Shown here: in pieces, positions 1 through 9,614 of the stretch
Position numbering within the stretch: the stretch's first letter is position 1
Layout: the number at the start of each line of letters is the position of its first letter
Position numbers and translations under genes: made by a program
NCBI GenBank assembly: GCA_963697285.1
Contig: CAVONI010000001.1
Coordinates: forward strand, 320,812 to 384,811
Direction: 5' to 3'
DNA length: 64,000 bases
Source of the DNA: an uncultured Acidobacteriota bacterium
Lineage (GTDB): Bacteria; Acidobacteriota; Vicinamibacteria; Vicinamibacterales; JAFNAJ01
The notes under the pieces: generated by a model
The model's database searches: none
The model's input: only the letters and a program-made list of their open reading frames with translations
Told to the model about the DNA's origin: nothing

Positions 1-99
1 CGCCGCACGGCGGCCCCGCGGGCGGCCGCGAAGAAGAGGGCCGTCAAGAAGACCGGTGCGCCGAAGTCCACTGCGCGCGCAGCAGCGCGACGCAGGTGA
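1..99 (+). CDS. 3' end of a CDS that starts outside the window (basic Lys/Ala/Arg-rich tail; product not assignable)
   Basis: Frame 1 is open from base 1 and reads RRTAAPRAAAKKRAVKKTGAPKSTARAAARRR, ending at TGA 97-99. The AKK-type basic tail resembles nucleoid/histone-like protein tails. Confidence 0.3.
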   Translation, partial: RRTAAPRAAAKKRAVKKTGAPKSTARAAARRR

Positions 100-267
100 G
101 CGTAGAGGTGTGCTCGCCTGCAATTCGGGGGATGGGAGCGGGTGGATCGAATCCTGCTAGGAACATAGGCATGAGGTGAGCGCCGATCCGACCGACGCTC
201 ACGAAAGATGCGACGCACACTGTCGCGCCTTGTCGGGTGACTGGTGTAGTGCCGAGGAGGAAATGCC

Positions 268-414
268 ATGCTCGAGACCATCGTCGTATTGCTCGTCGTG
301 CTCTGGTTGCTGGGAATGGTCAGCTCGTACACGCTGGGTGGCTTCATCCACGTGTTGCTGGTGATCGCCGTGGTGGTGGTCATCCTGCGCCTGGTGTCGG
401 GGCGAAGAGTCTGA
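268..414 (+). CDS. small hydrophobic membrane protein (48 aa, lmo0937-like)
   Basis: ATG 268 is preceded by GAGGAGG at 254-260. Translation is MLETIVVLLVVLWLLGMVSSYTLGGFIHVLLVIAVVVVILRLVSGRRV, with two hydrophobic helices. It is below the 60-aa cut-off of the ORF track. Confidence 0.5.
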   Translation: MLETIVVLLVVLWLLGMVSSYTLGGFIHVLLVIAVVVVILRLVSGRRV

Positions 415-859
415 CGACGCCTCACCGGAGGAGAGTAGCGGTATCCGCTTCTGCGGCGTGCTCGCCGTCGCCGGCATGGCCGGCGACGCCCCGAGCCGGA
501 CACGGATCCGTCGACGCCTGGCACCAGCACGGCGCCGTGCATCACCGCTTCTTCGACGCTCGGCTCGCGCTGCGGGGCGGTACTTTCGCGCCCTTTTCCC
601 TCGCCTCGTTCAGTCCAATGGCGATGGCCTGCGCGCAACTCGTGACTTTCTTTCCGGAGCCGCTCTCGGCGCAAACGGCCAGGAAAGCTCCTCGCCAGCC
701 TTCACCTGAGTGGCAGCCTCGGCAGTGTTCGGTGGCACCCTCGTTGCACAAGCATGACGTAGGCACCCCAGTGGACGTCGTCGGGTCAACCGTTGCGTCG
801 TGTTCGCGCCCGGCGACCTGCATACCGACTTTCGCGCACCCATCACAAGGAGAGGCATC

Positions 860-1147
860 ATGGCAGAACAGAAGACGAGCTTGGCGGGCAACTGGATGGA
901 TGAAGACGACTACTGGCGCACGAACTACTCGACCCGGCCATATGCGACGGGCGGTTCGTACGACACCTACCAGCCGGGCTACCGCTACGGGTACGAATCG
1001 GCGTCCCGGTTCCGCGACCGCGACTGGAGCGACGTCGAGCGTGACCTCGAGCGAAACTGGGACACGTACGAGTACCGCGGCACGTCGACCTGGCAGCAGG
1101 TGAAGGATGCGGTCCGCGACGCGTGGAATCGCGTGACCGGTCACTGA
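860..1147 (+). CDS. conserved hypothetical protein (95 aa, Tyr/Trp/Asp/Arg-rich)
   Basis: ATG 860 follows AAGGAGAGG and lies inside ORF 800..1147. Translation is MAEQKTSLAGNWMDEDDYWRTNY...WQQVKDAVRDAWNRVTGH. No recognised catalytic motif. Confidence 0.5.
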   Translation: MAEQKTSLAGNWMDEDDYWRTNYSTRPYATGGSYDTYQPGYRYGYESASRFRDRDWSDVERDLERNWDTYEYRGTSTWQQVKDAVRDAWNRVTGH

Positions 1148-1314
1148 TCCGTTCAGCAGGCGGGGCGGCGCCAGAGGCGCCGTCCCCCATTCCGCCGCCG
1201 GGTGATGCACCTGCCGGGGCGCAATCGATTCAGACGTCGCGCGCACAGGCTGAAGCGAGTGCAGTAGGCCCGCAAGCGGCTCAACGATTTGGTGTGCTGT
1301 GTGCTGCCTGCCGC

Positions 1315-4143
1315 TCAGCGCCCGCCGATCACCCGCGTCAGGTCCTCGAGTTCCACTGGTTTCACGAAGTGATGCTCGAAGCCCGCCGCGGTTGACTGGT
1401 TCTTGTGTTCGGTCTGGCCGTACCCGGTGAGCGCGATGAGACGCGTGGAACGACACGTCTCCAGGGTTCGCAACTGCCGCGCGACCTCGAACCCGTCAAG
1501 GCCCGGCAGGCCGAGATCGAGTACGGCCACGTGGGGCTTGAATTCCCGGGCGACGGAAAGCGCCTCGGGGCCATTGAATGCCACGCGAACGTCGTGACCG
1601 AGCAGCGTCAGGCCCTTCGCGAGGACCTCCGCTGCGTCGACGTTGTCGTCGACGACGAGCACCCGCTGGCCGCTGTCGTCGTGCGCGTCTCCGGAGACGT
1701 CCGCCATGGGCCGCTCCACGTCCGCATGCTCCCTTCCTGGCGCAAGCGGCAGCCAGACGTCGAAGCGGCTGCCCTTGCCCCGCCCGTCGCTCGCAGCCGA
1801 GACGCTGCCGCCGTGCAATTCGGCGATGCGCTTCACGAGGGCGAGACCGATCCCGAGACCTCCCTCGGCGCGATCCAGCGTTTGCCCGCCCTGCGTGAAC
1901 AGATCGAAGATCCCCTCCATGACCTCGGGATCGATCCCGATGCCCGAATCGCGCACCGACACGCGAGCCTGGCCGTGGTCGGCCCGGGCTTCGATGGCGA
2001 CCGCACCCCTGTTGGGCGTGTACTTCGAGGCGTTGTTGAGCAGGTTACCCAGCGCCTGGACCAATCGGGTCAGGTCTGCGCTGACCCAGATTGGCGTGTC
2101 GGGCACCAGCACATCGAGGCGCTGACCGCGTTGCTCGAAGAGCGGCCGGTTGATCTCTGCGGCCTCCTCGACAGCCAGCCTGGCGTCGATCGATGCAAGG
2201 CGCAGCCTGATGCGCCCCGCCGTGATGCGCGAGACTTCGAGCAGATCGTCCAGCAGGCGGCTCATGTGGCGGGTCTGGCGTGAAATCACGTCAGCGAGCC
2301 GGATCAAGGTGGGATCGCCGCGCGTCACCAGTCGCAGCGTGTTCACCGAACTGACCACTGGCGCCAACGGATTCCTGAGTTCGTGCGCCAGCATCGCGAG
2401 GAACTCGTCCTTGCGCCGGTCGGCCTTCCGCAGTTCTTCTTGTGCGCGCTTCACGCTGTCGATGTCGCTGGCCACGCCGATCCATTTCGCCGGGTGGCCG
2501 CCGTCGGCCAGCGGCACCGCGTGCACCTTGAACCAGCGGGGCGTGCCGTCGCCGGCGCGGAAGCGCAGTTCGGCGCCGAATGCGGTGCCGGCGGCCACGG
2601 CCGCCTCCCACAGCGCCCGCGTCTGCGCACGGTCTCGCTGGTCAACCTTGTCGATCCAGTTGCCGAGGTCACGGCGATCCCCGACGTCGCCGCTGAATTC
2701 GTAGAACCAATGGTTCACGTAGTCGCACTCACCGCCTGGCGCACACGTGAAGAGCATGGCGGGCACCGCGGCCGTCAGCAGGGCGAGCGTGGCCTGGCTC
2801 TCGCGCAGGGCCGCGATCATCGTTTCACGTGCCGTGACGTCGACGGCCAGCCCGTGCAGGTACACGAGGCCGCCCTGGTCGTCGAACACCCCGCGCGCGG
2901 TCTCCTCGAGGGCGACGACACCCCCGTCGGGGCGCACCACGCGGTAGACCGTCGTGTAGTTCGCCTGGGAGGGGGTCAGCTTCTGCACCAATGAGGTGAG
3001 GCGACCACGATCGTCAGGGTGAACCACGTCGACGAACGCGGCCCCCCCGTGGTCGCCGCCGAGGCCGAGGATGGCCGTGCTCTCTTCCGAGTAGGTCGTG
3101 GCTCCGGTGCGGAGGTCGCGCTGGAACGAGAACATGCGCGCGGCGCGCATCGCCAGGTGCATCTGCTCGCGGCCACGGGCGAGTTCCGCCATGATCCGCT
3201 TCCGCTCGGTGACGTCCTCCGACACCTTGTTGATGGCCACCACGGATCCGGCGGCATCGGTGATCGGATAGTAGCTGGCGTTCCAGGTGCGAGCCTCGGT
3301 TGGCGCCGCGGGCGTGTTCCCCCCGATCTCGACGTCGAGCACGGTCTCGCCCTGCAGCACGCGGCGCAGGACAGGTTCGACCGAGTCGGCGAGCCCGGGC
3401 ACCACCTCGCGAATCGTGCGGCCGATGTGGTCCGACACGGCCACGCCGTGCATGGCCGCCAGGCGATCGTTCACGCGCACGAAGCGCAGGTCGCGATCGA
3501 GAACGCCGAGGCCGACCGGTGCACTTCGGTACACCGATTCGAGTTCCGCGAACCCGCGCTCGGCCATCGCCTCGCTGTCGCGCAGGCGCTCCCGGAGCTC
3601 GCGCTGCTCGGTGACGTCGATGATCGAGCCTGTCGCGCGCCTGGTCGTCCCGGCGCCGTCCGAACGGCTCGCGCGACCCCGCAGCCATCGGGCGGCACCG
3701 TCGGGGCGCACGACACGGAACTCGACATCGAGCGTCGTCCCGTGATCGCGGAGGTCGTCCCAGGCGGCTGCCACGCGTGCGCGATCGGCGGGGTGGGTCG
3801 CGGCCAGGAGCGCACTCACGGATGACACGCCCGCACGCGGCGCATGGCCGAGCATCTCCCACGTCGTGGCGTCGTGCTCCAGGCGACCGGCATCGAGATC
3901 GATCCGCCACGTCCCCACCCCGGTACCGTCAATTGACACAGGCATTCCGTTCTTGTGGAGTTGTCCGCGCCGTCGGAGGGACTCGCCTTCGGGATCGTCT
4001 GAAGTGACCGGCCGGTGCACTGGGCAGCTCGCTTCAGATGTGCTTATGCAGCCGCAATGCCAGCCGCTCGGCTGTCGGGACCCATGCAAGGCGCGGCCTG
4101 CACATTCGAGCGTCCAGCACGTCCGTGAGCGATCGAATTCCAC
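1315..4143 (-). CDS. hybrid sensor histidine kinase/response regulator with multiple PAS domains
   Basis: 942-aa ORF with several PAS-like segments, H-box FLAMLAHELRNPL and ATPase boxes LLNNASKYT, DSGIGI and GGLGIGLALV. The C-terminal receiver reads VLVVDDNVDAAE...LDLGLPGLDG. An alternative start is MPVSIDG at 3945. Confidence 0.9.
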   Translation of the reverse strand: MEFDRSRTCWTLECAGRALHGSRQPSGWHCGCISTSEASCPVHRPVTSDDPEGESLRRRGQLHKNGMPVSIDGTGVGTWRIDLDAGRLEHDATTWEMLGHAPRAGVSSVSALLAATHPADRARVAAAWDDLRDHGTTLDVEFRVVRPDGAARWLRGRASRSDGAGTTRRATGSIIDVTEQRELRERLRDSEAMAERGFAELESVYRSAPVGLGVLDRDLRFVRVNDRLAAMHGVAVSDHIGRTIREVVPGLADSVEPVLRRVLQGETVLDVEIGGNTPAAPTEARTWNASYYPITDAAGSVVAINKVSEDVTERKRIMAELARGREQMHLAMRAARMFSFQRDLRTGATTYSEESTAILGLGGDHGGAAFVDVVHPDDRGRLTSLVQKLTPSQANYTTVYRVVRPDGGVVALEETARGVFDDQGGLVYLHGLAVDVTARETMIAALRESQATLALLTAAVPAMLFTCAPGGECDYVNHWFYEFSGDVGDRRDLGNWIDKVDQRDRAQTRALWEAAVAAGTAFGAELRFRAGDGTPRWFKVHAVPLADGGHPAKWIGVASDIDSVKRAQEELRKADRRKDEFLAMLAHELRNPLAPVVSSVNTLRLVTRGDPTLIRLADVISRQTRHMSRLLDDLLEVSRITAGRIRLRLASIDARLAVEEAAEINRPLFEQRGQRLDVLVPDTPIWVSADLTRLVQALGNLLNNASKYTPNRGAVAIEARADHGQARVSVRDSGIGIDPEVMEGIFDLFTQGGQTLDRAEGGLGIGLALVKRIAELHGGSVSAASDGRGKGSRFDVWLPLAPGREHADVERPMADVSGDAHDDSGQRVLVVDDNVDAAEVLAKGLTLLGHDVRVAFNGPEALSVAREFKPHVAVLDLGLPGLDGFEVARQLRTLETCRSTRLIALTGYGQTEHKNQSTAAGFEHHFVKPVELEDLTRVIGGR

Positions 4144-4403
4144 CTACGGGGCGCCACAGGCCCTGCCGACCAGTCACGGGTTCGTAGCGGGTGGGCGCTC
4201 TCCGCGCGATCTGGTTCGTCGAGCAGGCCCGGAGGCTGTCGGCGAGCGGGCACGATGAATGGTGCCGGCACGAGCCGGTGTTCGCTTCGACGACGGCGAG
4301 TGTCGTGCTATCCGACAGGTGCGCGCAGCGCTGGCCGCGAGACGACAGGTACGCGGGTTGCTCATCGCCCCGACAACGCCGAGAGCGTTACAGCGACAGG
4401 TAC

Positions 4404-4709
4404 TCAGGCGTCGCGAGGGAGATTCAAGCCGGCTGGCCCGTTGAGCACCGACCCGTCGATGCCGAAACGCGACCCATGGCAGGGGCAGTCCCACGACGCC
4501 TCCACGGGATTCCAGCGCACGTGACACCCGATGTGCGTGCACGACGCCGACACGCGGTGCAGCGATCCCGAGGCATCGCGTGCCACGGCGATCGAGCGGG
4601 CACCTTCGGTGAACACGGCGCCTTCGCCTGGAGGAAGCGCGTCGTGCGAGGACCATGCCCGGTTCCTCGAGGTGACGCGGTCGAGCACGGCGATCGAGAC
4701 AGCCGTCAC
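4404..4709 (-). CDS. Rieske [2Fe-2S] domain protein (about 100 aa)
   Basis: The ORF carries the two Rieske boxes CTHIGCHV and CPCHGSRF, spaced 13 residues apart (box 1 end to box 2 start). Confidence 0.7.
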   Translation of the reverse strand: MTAVSIAVLDRVTSRNRAWSSHDALPPGEGAVFTEGARSIAVARDASGSLHRVSASCTHIGCHVRWNPVEASWDCPCHGSRFGIDGSVLNGPAGLNLPRDA

Positions 4710-4940
4710 GTTGCTGCTTCACGAACTCCGGCACCGTACCTGCAACGCGACTGTTTGTGCGTGTCGCCGATCGCAACGCCGGCGCGACGCGCCCGCGTCG
4801 GGAAGCCGGGATCGACAGTGCCTGTCCAGGGGTGAGTCGCGATCGACTGATGAGCCATCCGGCCCTGCTGCGACGACGACGGAGCAAGGCCAGTGCCCAT
4901 TTCTCGACTGCGAGCATCGCACTTGCAGTGGGCCGGCCGT

Positions 4941-5486
4941 ATGACCGAGCGCCGCCACGAAGCCGACTTCAGCCCGACAGATCGCCTGGCGAACAGCGTG
5001 AAGCAGCTGAGCGACCTCGAGGACGCCCTCGAACGCCAGGCCGGGCGTTCGGTTCGTATCGGGCATGCCGCGATACGGCTCATCGGCAGCCTCGGGTCGT
5101 CGTGTCGCAGCTGGGGCTGTGGGGTGCGTGGGTAGCCTGGAACCTTTGGGTGCCCGCCCACCTGAGGTTCGATCCGTTTCCGTTCGGCGTCCTGACGATG
5201 GCGGTGTCACTCGAGGGGGTTCTGCTGGCCGCGTTCATCCTGCTCGCGCAGAACCACATGCAGCCGTCAGTCGGAGCGCCGCGAGCGCCTCAACCTGCAC
5301 GTCGACATGCTGGCCGAGCAGCAGGTGACGATGCTGTTGCGCTACCTGCAGCGGGTGAGTGAGCACCTTGGCGTGAAACCGCACCCTGACGACGCGGCCC
5401 GCACGCACGCGTACGCGGCCGACACGGACGTCGAGCGCCTGGCGAGCGAGATTGACGAGACGATGAAGAGCCGATCGCAGCCGTGA
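4941..5486 (+). pseudogene. DUF1003-family membrane protein, reading frame broken twice
   Basis: MTERRHEADFSPTDRLANSV...AIRLIGSLG is in frame 0. The family core WGAWVAWNLWVPAHLRFDPFPFGVLTMAVSLEGVLLAAFILLAQN is in frame 2 (about 5095-5268). SERRERLNLHVDMLAEQQVTMLLRYLQRV...SRSQP is back in frame 0, ending at TGA 5484-5486. Confidence 0.6.
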
Positions 5487-5616
5487 GTCATGTCTGCACG
5501 ATGCGTCGCCGATTTCGCCCGTCGGTGTCGCCGCCGGAGACGCCAGCGACCCGTTTCTGGGGCTGCTGACGGAACAGGCCTTGCTACGCAGGGACCGCAG
5601 CAAAGGGAGGCAACTC

Positions 5617-6198
5617 ATGGCCGAGACAGCGACACTGCACGACGTATTCCTCGATGAACTGCGCGACATGTATCACGCAGAGAAGCAGCTCACGCAGGCC
5701 CTGCCGAAGATGGCGAAGGCCGCGAACAACCGGGAACTCATTGACGCCTTCGAGTCACATCTCACCGAGACGACTGTGCAGATCGAGCGCCTCGAGCAGG
5801 TGTTCGCGAGCCTTGGCGAGAGTCCGAGCGCGAAGACGTGCGACGGGATGATGGGCATCATCGAGGAAGCCACCTCGATGATGGGCGAGGATCTCGACCC
5901 CGATACGATGGACGCGGTCCTGATCGCCTCGGCGCAGCGGGCAGAGCACTACGAGATCGCGGCCTACGGCACGCTCGTCGCCTGGGCGCGCGCCATGGAA
6001 CACGACACCGCTGAGGACTTGCTGCAGCAGAATCTGGACGAGGAGAGCGCGACCGACGAGAAGCTCTCCAGCATCGCCGAGAGCGGTATCAACGACAGTG
6101 CCGCCAGCCGCGCCCACCCCGAACTGGAAGGGGATGACGACGACGAGGAGGAGGACGAAGACCAGGTCGAAGGTGGCATGTCAGGCGAGGAGCGCTGA
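5617..6198 (+). CDS. ferritin-like YciE/YciF (DUF892) family protein with acidic C-terminal tail
   Basis: ATG 5617 follows AAAGGGAGG. The N-terminus LHDVFLDELRDMYHAEKQLTQALPKMAKAA and the motif QRAEHYEIAAYGTL are typical of the family. The tail is GDDDDEEEDEDQ. Confidence 0.8.
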   Translation: MAETATLHDVFLDELRDMYHAEKQLTQALPKMAKAANNRELIDAFESHLTETTVQIERLEQVFASLGESPSAKTCDGMMGIIEEATSMMGEDLDPDTMDAVLIASAQRAEHYEIAAYGTLVAWARAMEHDTAEDLLQQNLDEESATDEKLSSIAESGINDSAASRAHPELEGDDDDEEEDEDQVEGGMSGEER

Positions 6199-6274
6199 CG
6201 CGCCAGCACGAGGTGCGGCGGCGCGACCGGCGAATGGTCGCGCTGTCGCACCGGTGCTCGGTGACATGCGATGT

Positions 6275-6403
6275 GTACGGCGTCTGCCCGCCGGTGGCCC
6301 CGTACACTTCACCGGTCACGAAGCGGGCCTCGTGTGACGCGAGGAAGACGAACATCGTGAGTCCGGCTGTTTGTTCCTGCCCACGACAGTGAGTGTCGCC
6401 GTT
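6275..6403 (-). pseudogene. remnant of the C-terminus of a short-chain dehydrogenase/reductase
   Basis: The minus frame reads ...QTAGLTMFVFLASHEARFVTGEVYGATGGQTPY, the FLAS-x-EA-x-FVTG-x-GG C-terminal signature of SDRs. An in-frame stop lies immediately upstream and no Rossmann or catalytic part is present. Confidence 0.3.
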
Positions 6404-6603
6404 TCACACAACGTCAAACCCGGCCAATGTTCACGGGCGAATATGCCCCACCACGCAACCCAGAGAAGTCGAGGAAAAGTGACATTCGACTACCTGGGGA
6501 AGTGGCATCCATAGTGCAACAGAAGCCGCCAGCACAGGGGCAGCGTCAGGTTCGCTCTTACTGCGCCTGGACGTCAGTGCCTTTGTCTGCTCATGAGGTT
6601 CCC

Positions 6604-6936
6604 ATGCTCAAGAACTGGTTGCTGTTGCACGCGTCGCGTTCTCCTGGCGATACGCCAGGGCGCGCATCGGCGCCGCCCCTTCGCCAAGAGTACGGCGGCC
6701 CGCGCCATGCGTCTGATGGCTCGCAGGTGTCACCCGATGGATCGGAGCCCGAACGTTCCGTAGACGCGCCTCCCACGCCGCACCAGGAGTCACCCGCAGG
6801 CAAGACGCCCCCGCTGCCGGTCCCGCCTACCGTGCCGCCCTCTGAGCCGCAGCCCGTGCCGGTCGACGACCCACCGCTGCCGCCAGACGTTCCATACACA
6901 GTTCGGAAAGACCACAACGCGGACGAGGACCGCTAG
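6604..6936 (+). CDS. proline-rich hypothetical protein
   Basis: ATG 6604 has GAGG 7 nt upstream, within ORF 6427..6936. The composition is low-complexity PPLPVPPTVPPSEPQPVPVDDPPLPP and coding status is uncertain. Confidence 0.3.
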   Translation: MLKNWLLLHASRSPGDTPGRASAPPLRQEYGGPRHASDGSQVSPDGSEPERSVDAPPTPHQESPAGKTPPLPVPPTVPPSEPQPVPVDDPPLPPDVPYTVRKDHNADEDR

Positions 6937-7005
6937 TTGTCGGCGCGTTGCCGCCCTGCGTGCTCGTGAGAGTGCGCCAGGCGGCGAAGCGCGAAAGGGG
7001 GAGCA

Positions 7006-8331
7006 ATGAGAGCTCGACCAGGGATGTTCACCGGGATGTTCATCGCGTTGTTCGCCGCGGCGATGGCACAGGCGCAGCCGCAGCCCACACCGGCACAGCC
7101 GCCGCCGGCGCCCGGCCAGACGCGACCGCAGTCACAGCCTCCCGCGACGGGTCAGGCGCAACCGCAGCCTGCCGCCCGGCAGGCGCGGCCGCGCACGACG
7201 GGCACCCAGTCGGCGACGGCCGCCGAGAGGGCAGCGCGTATCACACGCCTTGGCACGTCAGACGCGCTGTTCCGGCGCATGACGTCGTTCGACGATATGC
7301 GGCGCATGGCAGGCGACAAGGCCGCGCAGCGCCGGGTGTCGACGGCCATGGACGCCGCAGGACTCACCGGACTCACCAGCGAGGTGCTCGCCGTCCTCAG
7401 CGCGCCCGATACCCGGCGCGTGAGTGAGGTGCGGGTCGAGCCTGGTACCCGCCTCGAGTGGATGGCCTTCCGGCAGGGCACCCGCGGGCGCATCCAGCGC
7501 CCCGCGATCTGGGCAGGCCGCCAGCCGTTCGACGCGTGGCGCTTCACCGTCGAGAGCCAGGGCACCCGCTACCACTTCCTCCTCCCCAAGGCCTGCGGCA
7601 ACCTGAGTCTCGAGGGAACGGAAGCGGTGCCGCCACCGCCGCCCACCACCGTCGACGACTCCGCCGAGCGGCTGCGGCGTGAGCAGGAGGCTCGTGATCA
7701 GGCAGAACGCCAGCGCCTCGAACGCGAGCGCGCCGAGCGCGAGAAGGCGGAGGCCGATCGTCGTGCTGCCGAGGAAGCGCGGAAGGCGCAGGAGGCCGAG
7801 CAGGCGCGCCTCGCCGAGCAGCGTGAGCGCGAGCGGATCGAGCAGGAACGCCTGGCGCGCGAGCGCGTCGACTGGTTCGTCGCCGGTTACTTCGGCAAGG
7901 AGCGTCGCGTCAGGGAAGTGGACGTCAACGGTGCGAACGGACTCTTCGTCATCGAGACCGGCCAGTGCTCGCCACTCGTCGGGGCGAAAGCTGGTGCCGA
8001 CATCCGCCTGACGCCGACCTGGCGCATGGCCCCGGCCGTGGGCGTCGCCTTCAACACGGATGAGGGAGATGACTCGAGCCTCTTCGCCGAAGTGGAATTC
8101 AACCGCCACTGGGATCGCGGCTTCGTGGGCACCGGTATCGGCGTGTGGGACTTCACGCACTCCGACACGGTGGCGCCAACGTGGCTCATCCACTTCGGCC
8201 GCGAGATCCATCGCCAGGCCAACGAGAACCGGCTGTTCCTGGTCGCCGAGGGGCGCCTGTTCCTCAACGCGCTCGACGACATCGACAACAACTACCAGTT
8301 CTGGGGCGGCCTGCGATACGTCGTCCGCTGA
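7006..8331 (+). CDS. secreted modular protein, paralog A (conserved N-module, coiled coil, beta-rich C-module)
   Basis: 441-aa ORF with a signal-like MFIALFAAAMAQA and a Q/P-rich linker. The N-module is VEPGTRLEWMAF...IWAGRQPFDAWRFTVESQGTRYHFLLPKACGNLSL. An E/R/A coiled coil (RREQEARDQAERQRLERERAEREKAEADRRAAEEARKAQEAE...) follows. The C-module ends DNNYQFWGGLRYVVR. It is paralogous to 9615..11228. Confidence 0.75.
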   Translation: MRARPGMFTGMFIALFAAAMAQAQPQPTPAQPPPAPGQTRPQSQPPATGQAQPQPAARQARPRTTGTQSATAAERAARITRLGTSDALFRRMTSFDDMRRMAGDKAAQRRVSTAMDAAGLTGLTSEVLAVLSAPDTRRVSEVRVEPGTRLEWMAFRQGTRGRIQRPAIWAGRQPFDAWRFTVESQGTRYHFLLPKACGNLSLEGTEAVPPPPPTTVDDSAERLRREQEARDQAERQRLERERAEREKAEADRRAAEEARKAQEAEQARLAEQRERERIEQERLARERVDWFVAGYFGKERRVREVDVNGANGLFVIETGQCSPLVGAKAGADIRLTPTWRMAPAVGVAFNTDEGDDSSLFAEVEFNRHWDRGFVGTGIGVWDFTHSDTVAPTWLIHFGREIHRQANENRLFLVAEGRLFLNALDDIDNNYQFWGGLRYVVR

Positions 8332-8479
8332 GCAGGGCGCGTGACGGAGGCGGTCGCCCGACGACCGCCTCCGGGCGCACGTGTCTCGCACTTCATGCTT
8401 CGGTGTGGCCGGTCCTCCCGCGACCTCGCGTCGGGATGCGATGGGTGCTCACGAATGTCTCACGCGAAAGGGCGCGACC

Positions 8480-8791
8480 ATGCAAAGACGTGGACTGATG
8501 ATCGGAATCGGCGCATTCCTCGTGGTCGTGTCGTTGGCGGCTGTCGTGTCGTCGATGTCGCACGTCTGGGTGCAGAGCGCTGCGGTCGAGCGTTACAACG
8601 AGGAACCTGACACGTCACGTGCTCCATCGCTCCTCGCCGTGATCGGCGGCCTGGGACTCGCGGGCGGCTTCACCCTGATCGGCATCGGGATGGGACGATG
8701 GGGGCGGCCTCGTCGACCGCTCAACGAGGCCGACTACACCGGCCCGGGCACGTCGAACGACTCCCACGGGACGCCGCCGCGGGTGGTCTGA
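8480..8791 (+). CDS. small membrane protein (two predicted TM helices)
   Basis: ATG 8480 within ORF 8381..8791. Translation is MQRRGLMIGIGAFLVVVSLAAVVSS...LLAVIGGLGLAGGFTLIGIGMG. It sits between the two paralogs. Confidence 0.45.
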   Translation: MQRRGLMIGIGAFLVVVSLAAVVSSMSHVWVQSAAVERYNEEPDTSRAPSLLAVIGGLGLAGGFTLIGIGMGRWGRPRRPLNEADYTGPGTSNDSHGTPPRVV

Positions 8792-8871
8792 GCGGGCTTG
8801 TCTGGGGGCCCGCGGCGAATCATCTGCAGGTGCGGAACACCGGGTCGGGCTCGTCTCGTAGATCATCAGGC

Positions 8872-9444
8872 ATGGACCGGAAGAACAAGGTCGCTCCGAA
8901 GGCGGCACCCTCCACGCGAGCGGCACGCCCGGCACGCCGGGTCGGGTCGGCACGCCCCACGACGCCCCTTCACGCCATCATCGAGGGCACGTGCTCGTTG
9001 CGCATCCCCGACGTGCCGTCGCCGCCGCCACTCGACGGCTACGCCTTGCGGTGCAAGATCGAGTTCTCGGCCGACCGCAGGGTGGTCACGCTCCACGGCT
9101 TCGATCCGCTCTCGACACCGGAGTACGCCGCCACCGTGGGCTTCGTCACGGTGACGAACTCCACGACCGTGCACCTGCGGTCGGCCAGGCCTGGCACGGT
9201 GTCGCGTGATGGACACGTGGAGATCCCGATCGTGCTGCACTTCGATCACTCGGTGGATGCGCCGTTCGTCGAGGAAGACAGCGACATCGCCCTCACGCTG
9301 AGCACCCGTCGTCAGGGCGGGCGTCCCGTCGGCGCCGACGGCGCGGTGACGCTGGTGGGCGAGGGGACCTTCGACGGCGGGCACCTGGCCGGCAAGCGGT
9401 GCGTCCTCACCTACATCGCCACCGTCGCCCCGATGCCGTGGTAG
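8872..9444 (+). CDS. hypothetical protein (190 aa)
   Basis: ATG 8872 within ORF 8698..9444, with a basic N-terminus MDRKNKVAPKAAPSTRAARPARR. No recognised motif. A hairpin follows at about 9472-9500. Confidence 0.5.
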   Translation: MDRKNKVAPKAAPSTRAARPARRVGSARPTTPLHAIIEGTCSLRIPDVPSPPPLDGYALRCKIEFSADRRVVTLHGFDPLSTPEYAATVGFVTVTNSTTVHLRSARPGTVSRDGHVEIPIVLHFDHSVDAPFVEEDSDIALTLSTRRQGGRPVGADGAVTLVGEGTFDGGHLAGKRCVLTYIATVAPMPW

Positions 9445-9614
9445 GGGAGGCGTTCCCGGGCCGGAAACACCGACGGCGGCGTGCAACGACGCCCGCCGCC
9501 CGCGTCGGCTGCGCGAATGTTCGACCGTCCGGACGAGGAGCACGCGTGGCGTGAAGTGGATAGCGGCCACGGCCGGCCAACTGCTATCCTCCTCCCACTC
9601 ATGCGGAGGATTGA

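Noticed and set aside
141-154. GGTGGATCGAATCC, reminiscent of a tRNA T-arm (GGTTCGAATCC)
   Set aside because: I could not build a cloverleaf. The flanking bases do not form the T-stem, acceptor or anticodon stems. At most it is a degraded fragment, so it is not reported as a tRNA.
237-1456. ORFs 237..1103 (+), 542..1456 (-) and 458..709 (+)
   Set aside because: They show no motifs or RBS. The region is better explained by the 48-aa membrane protein (268-414) and the 95-aa protein (860-1147), both of which have strong Shine-Dalgarno sequences.
4174-4917. ORFs 4174..4917 (-) and 4191..4835 (+), and ORFs 4706..5161 and 4719..5210 (-) around the Rieske gene
   Set aside because: Their sequences are not protein-like. 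They overlap the Rieske ORF, which has both cluster-binding boxes, or the DUF1003 gene.
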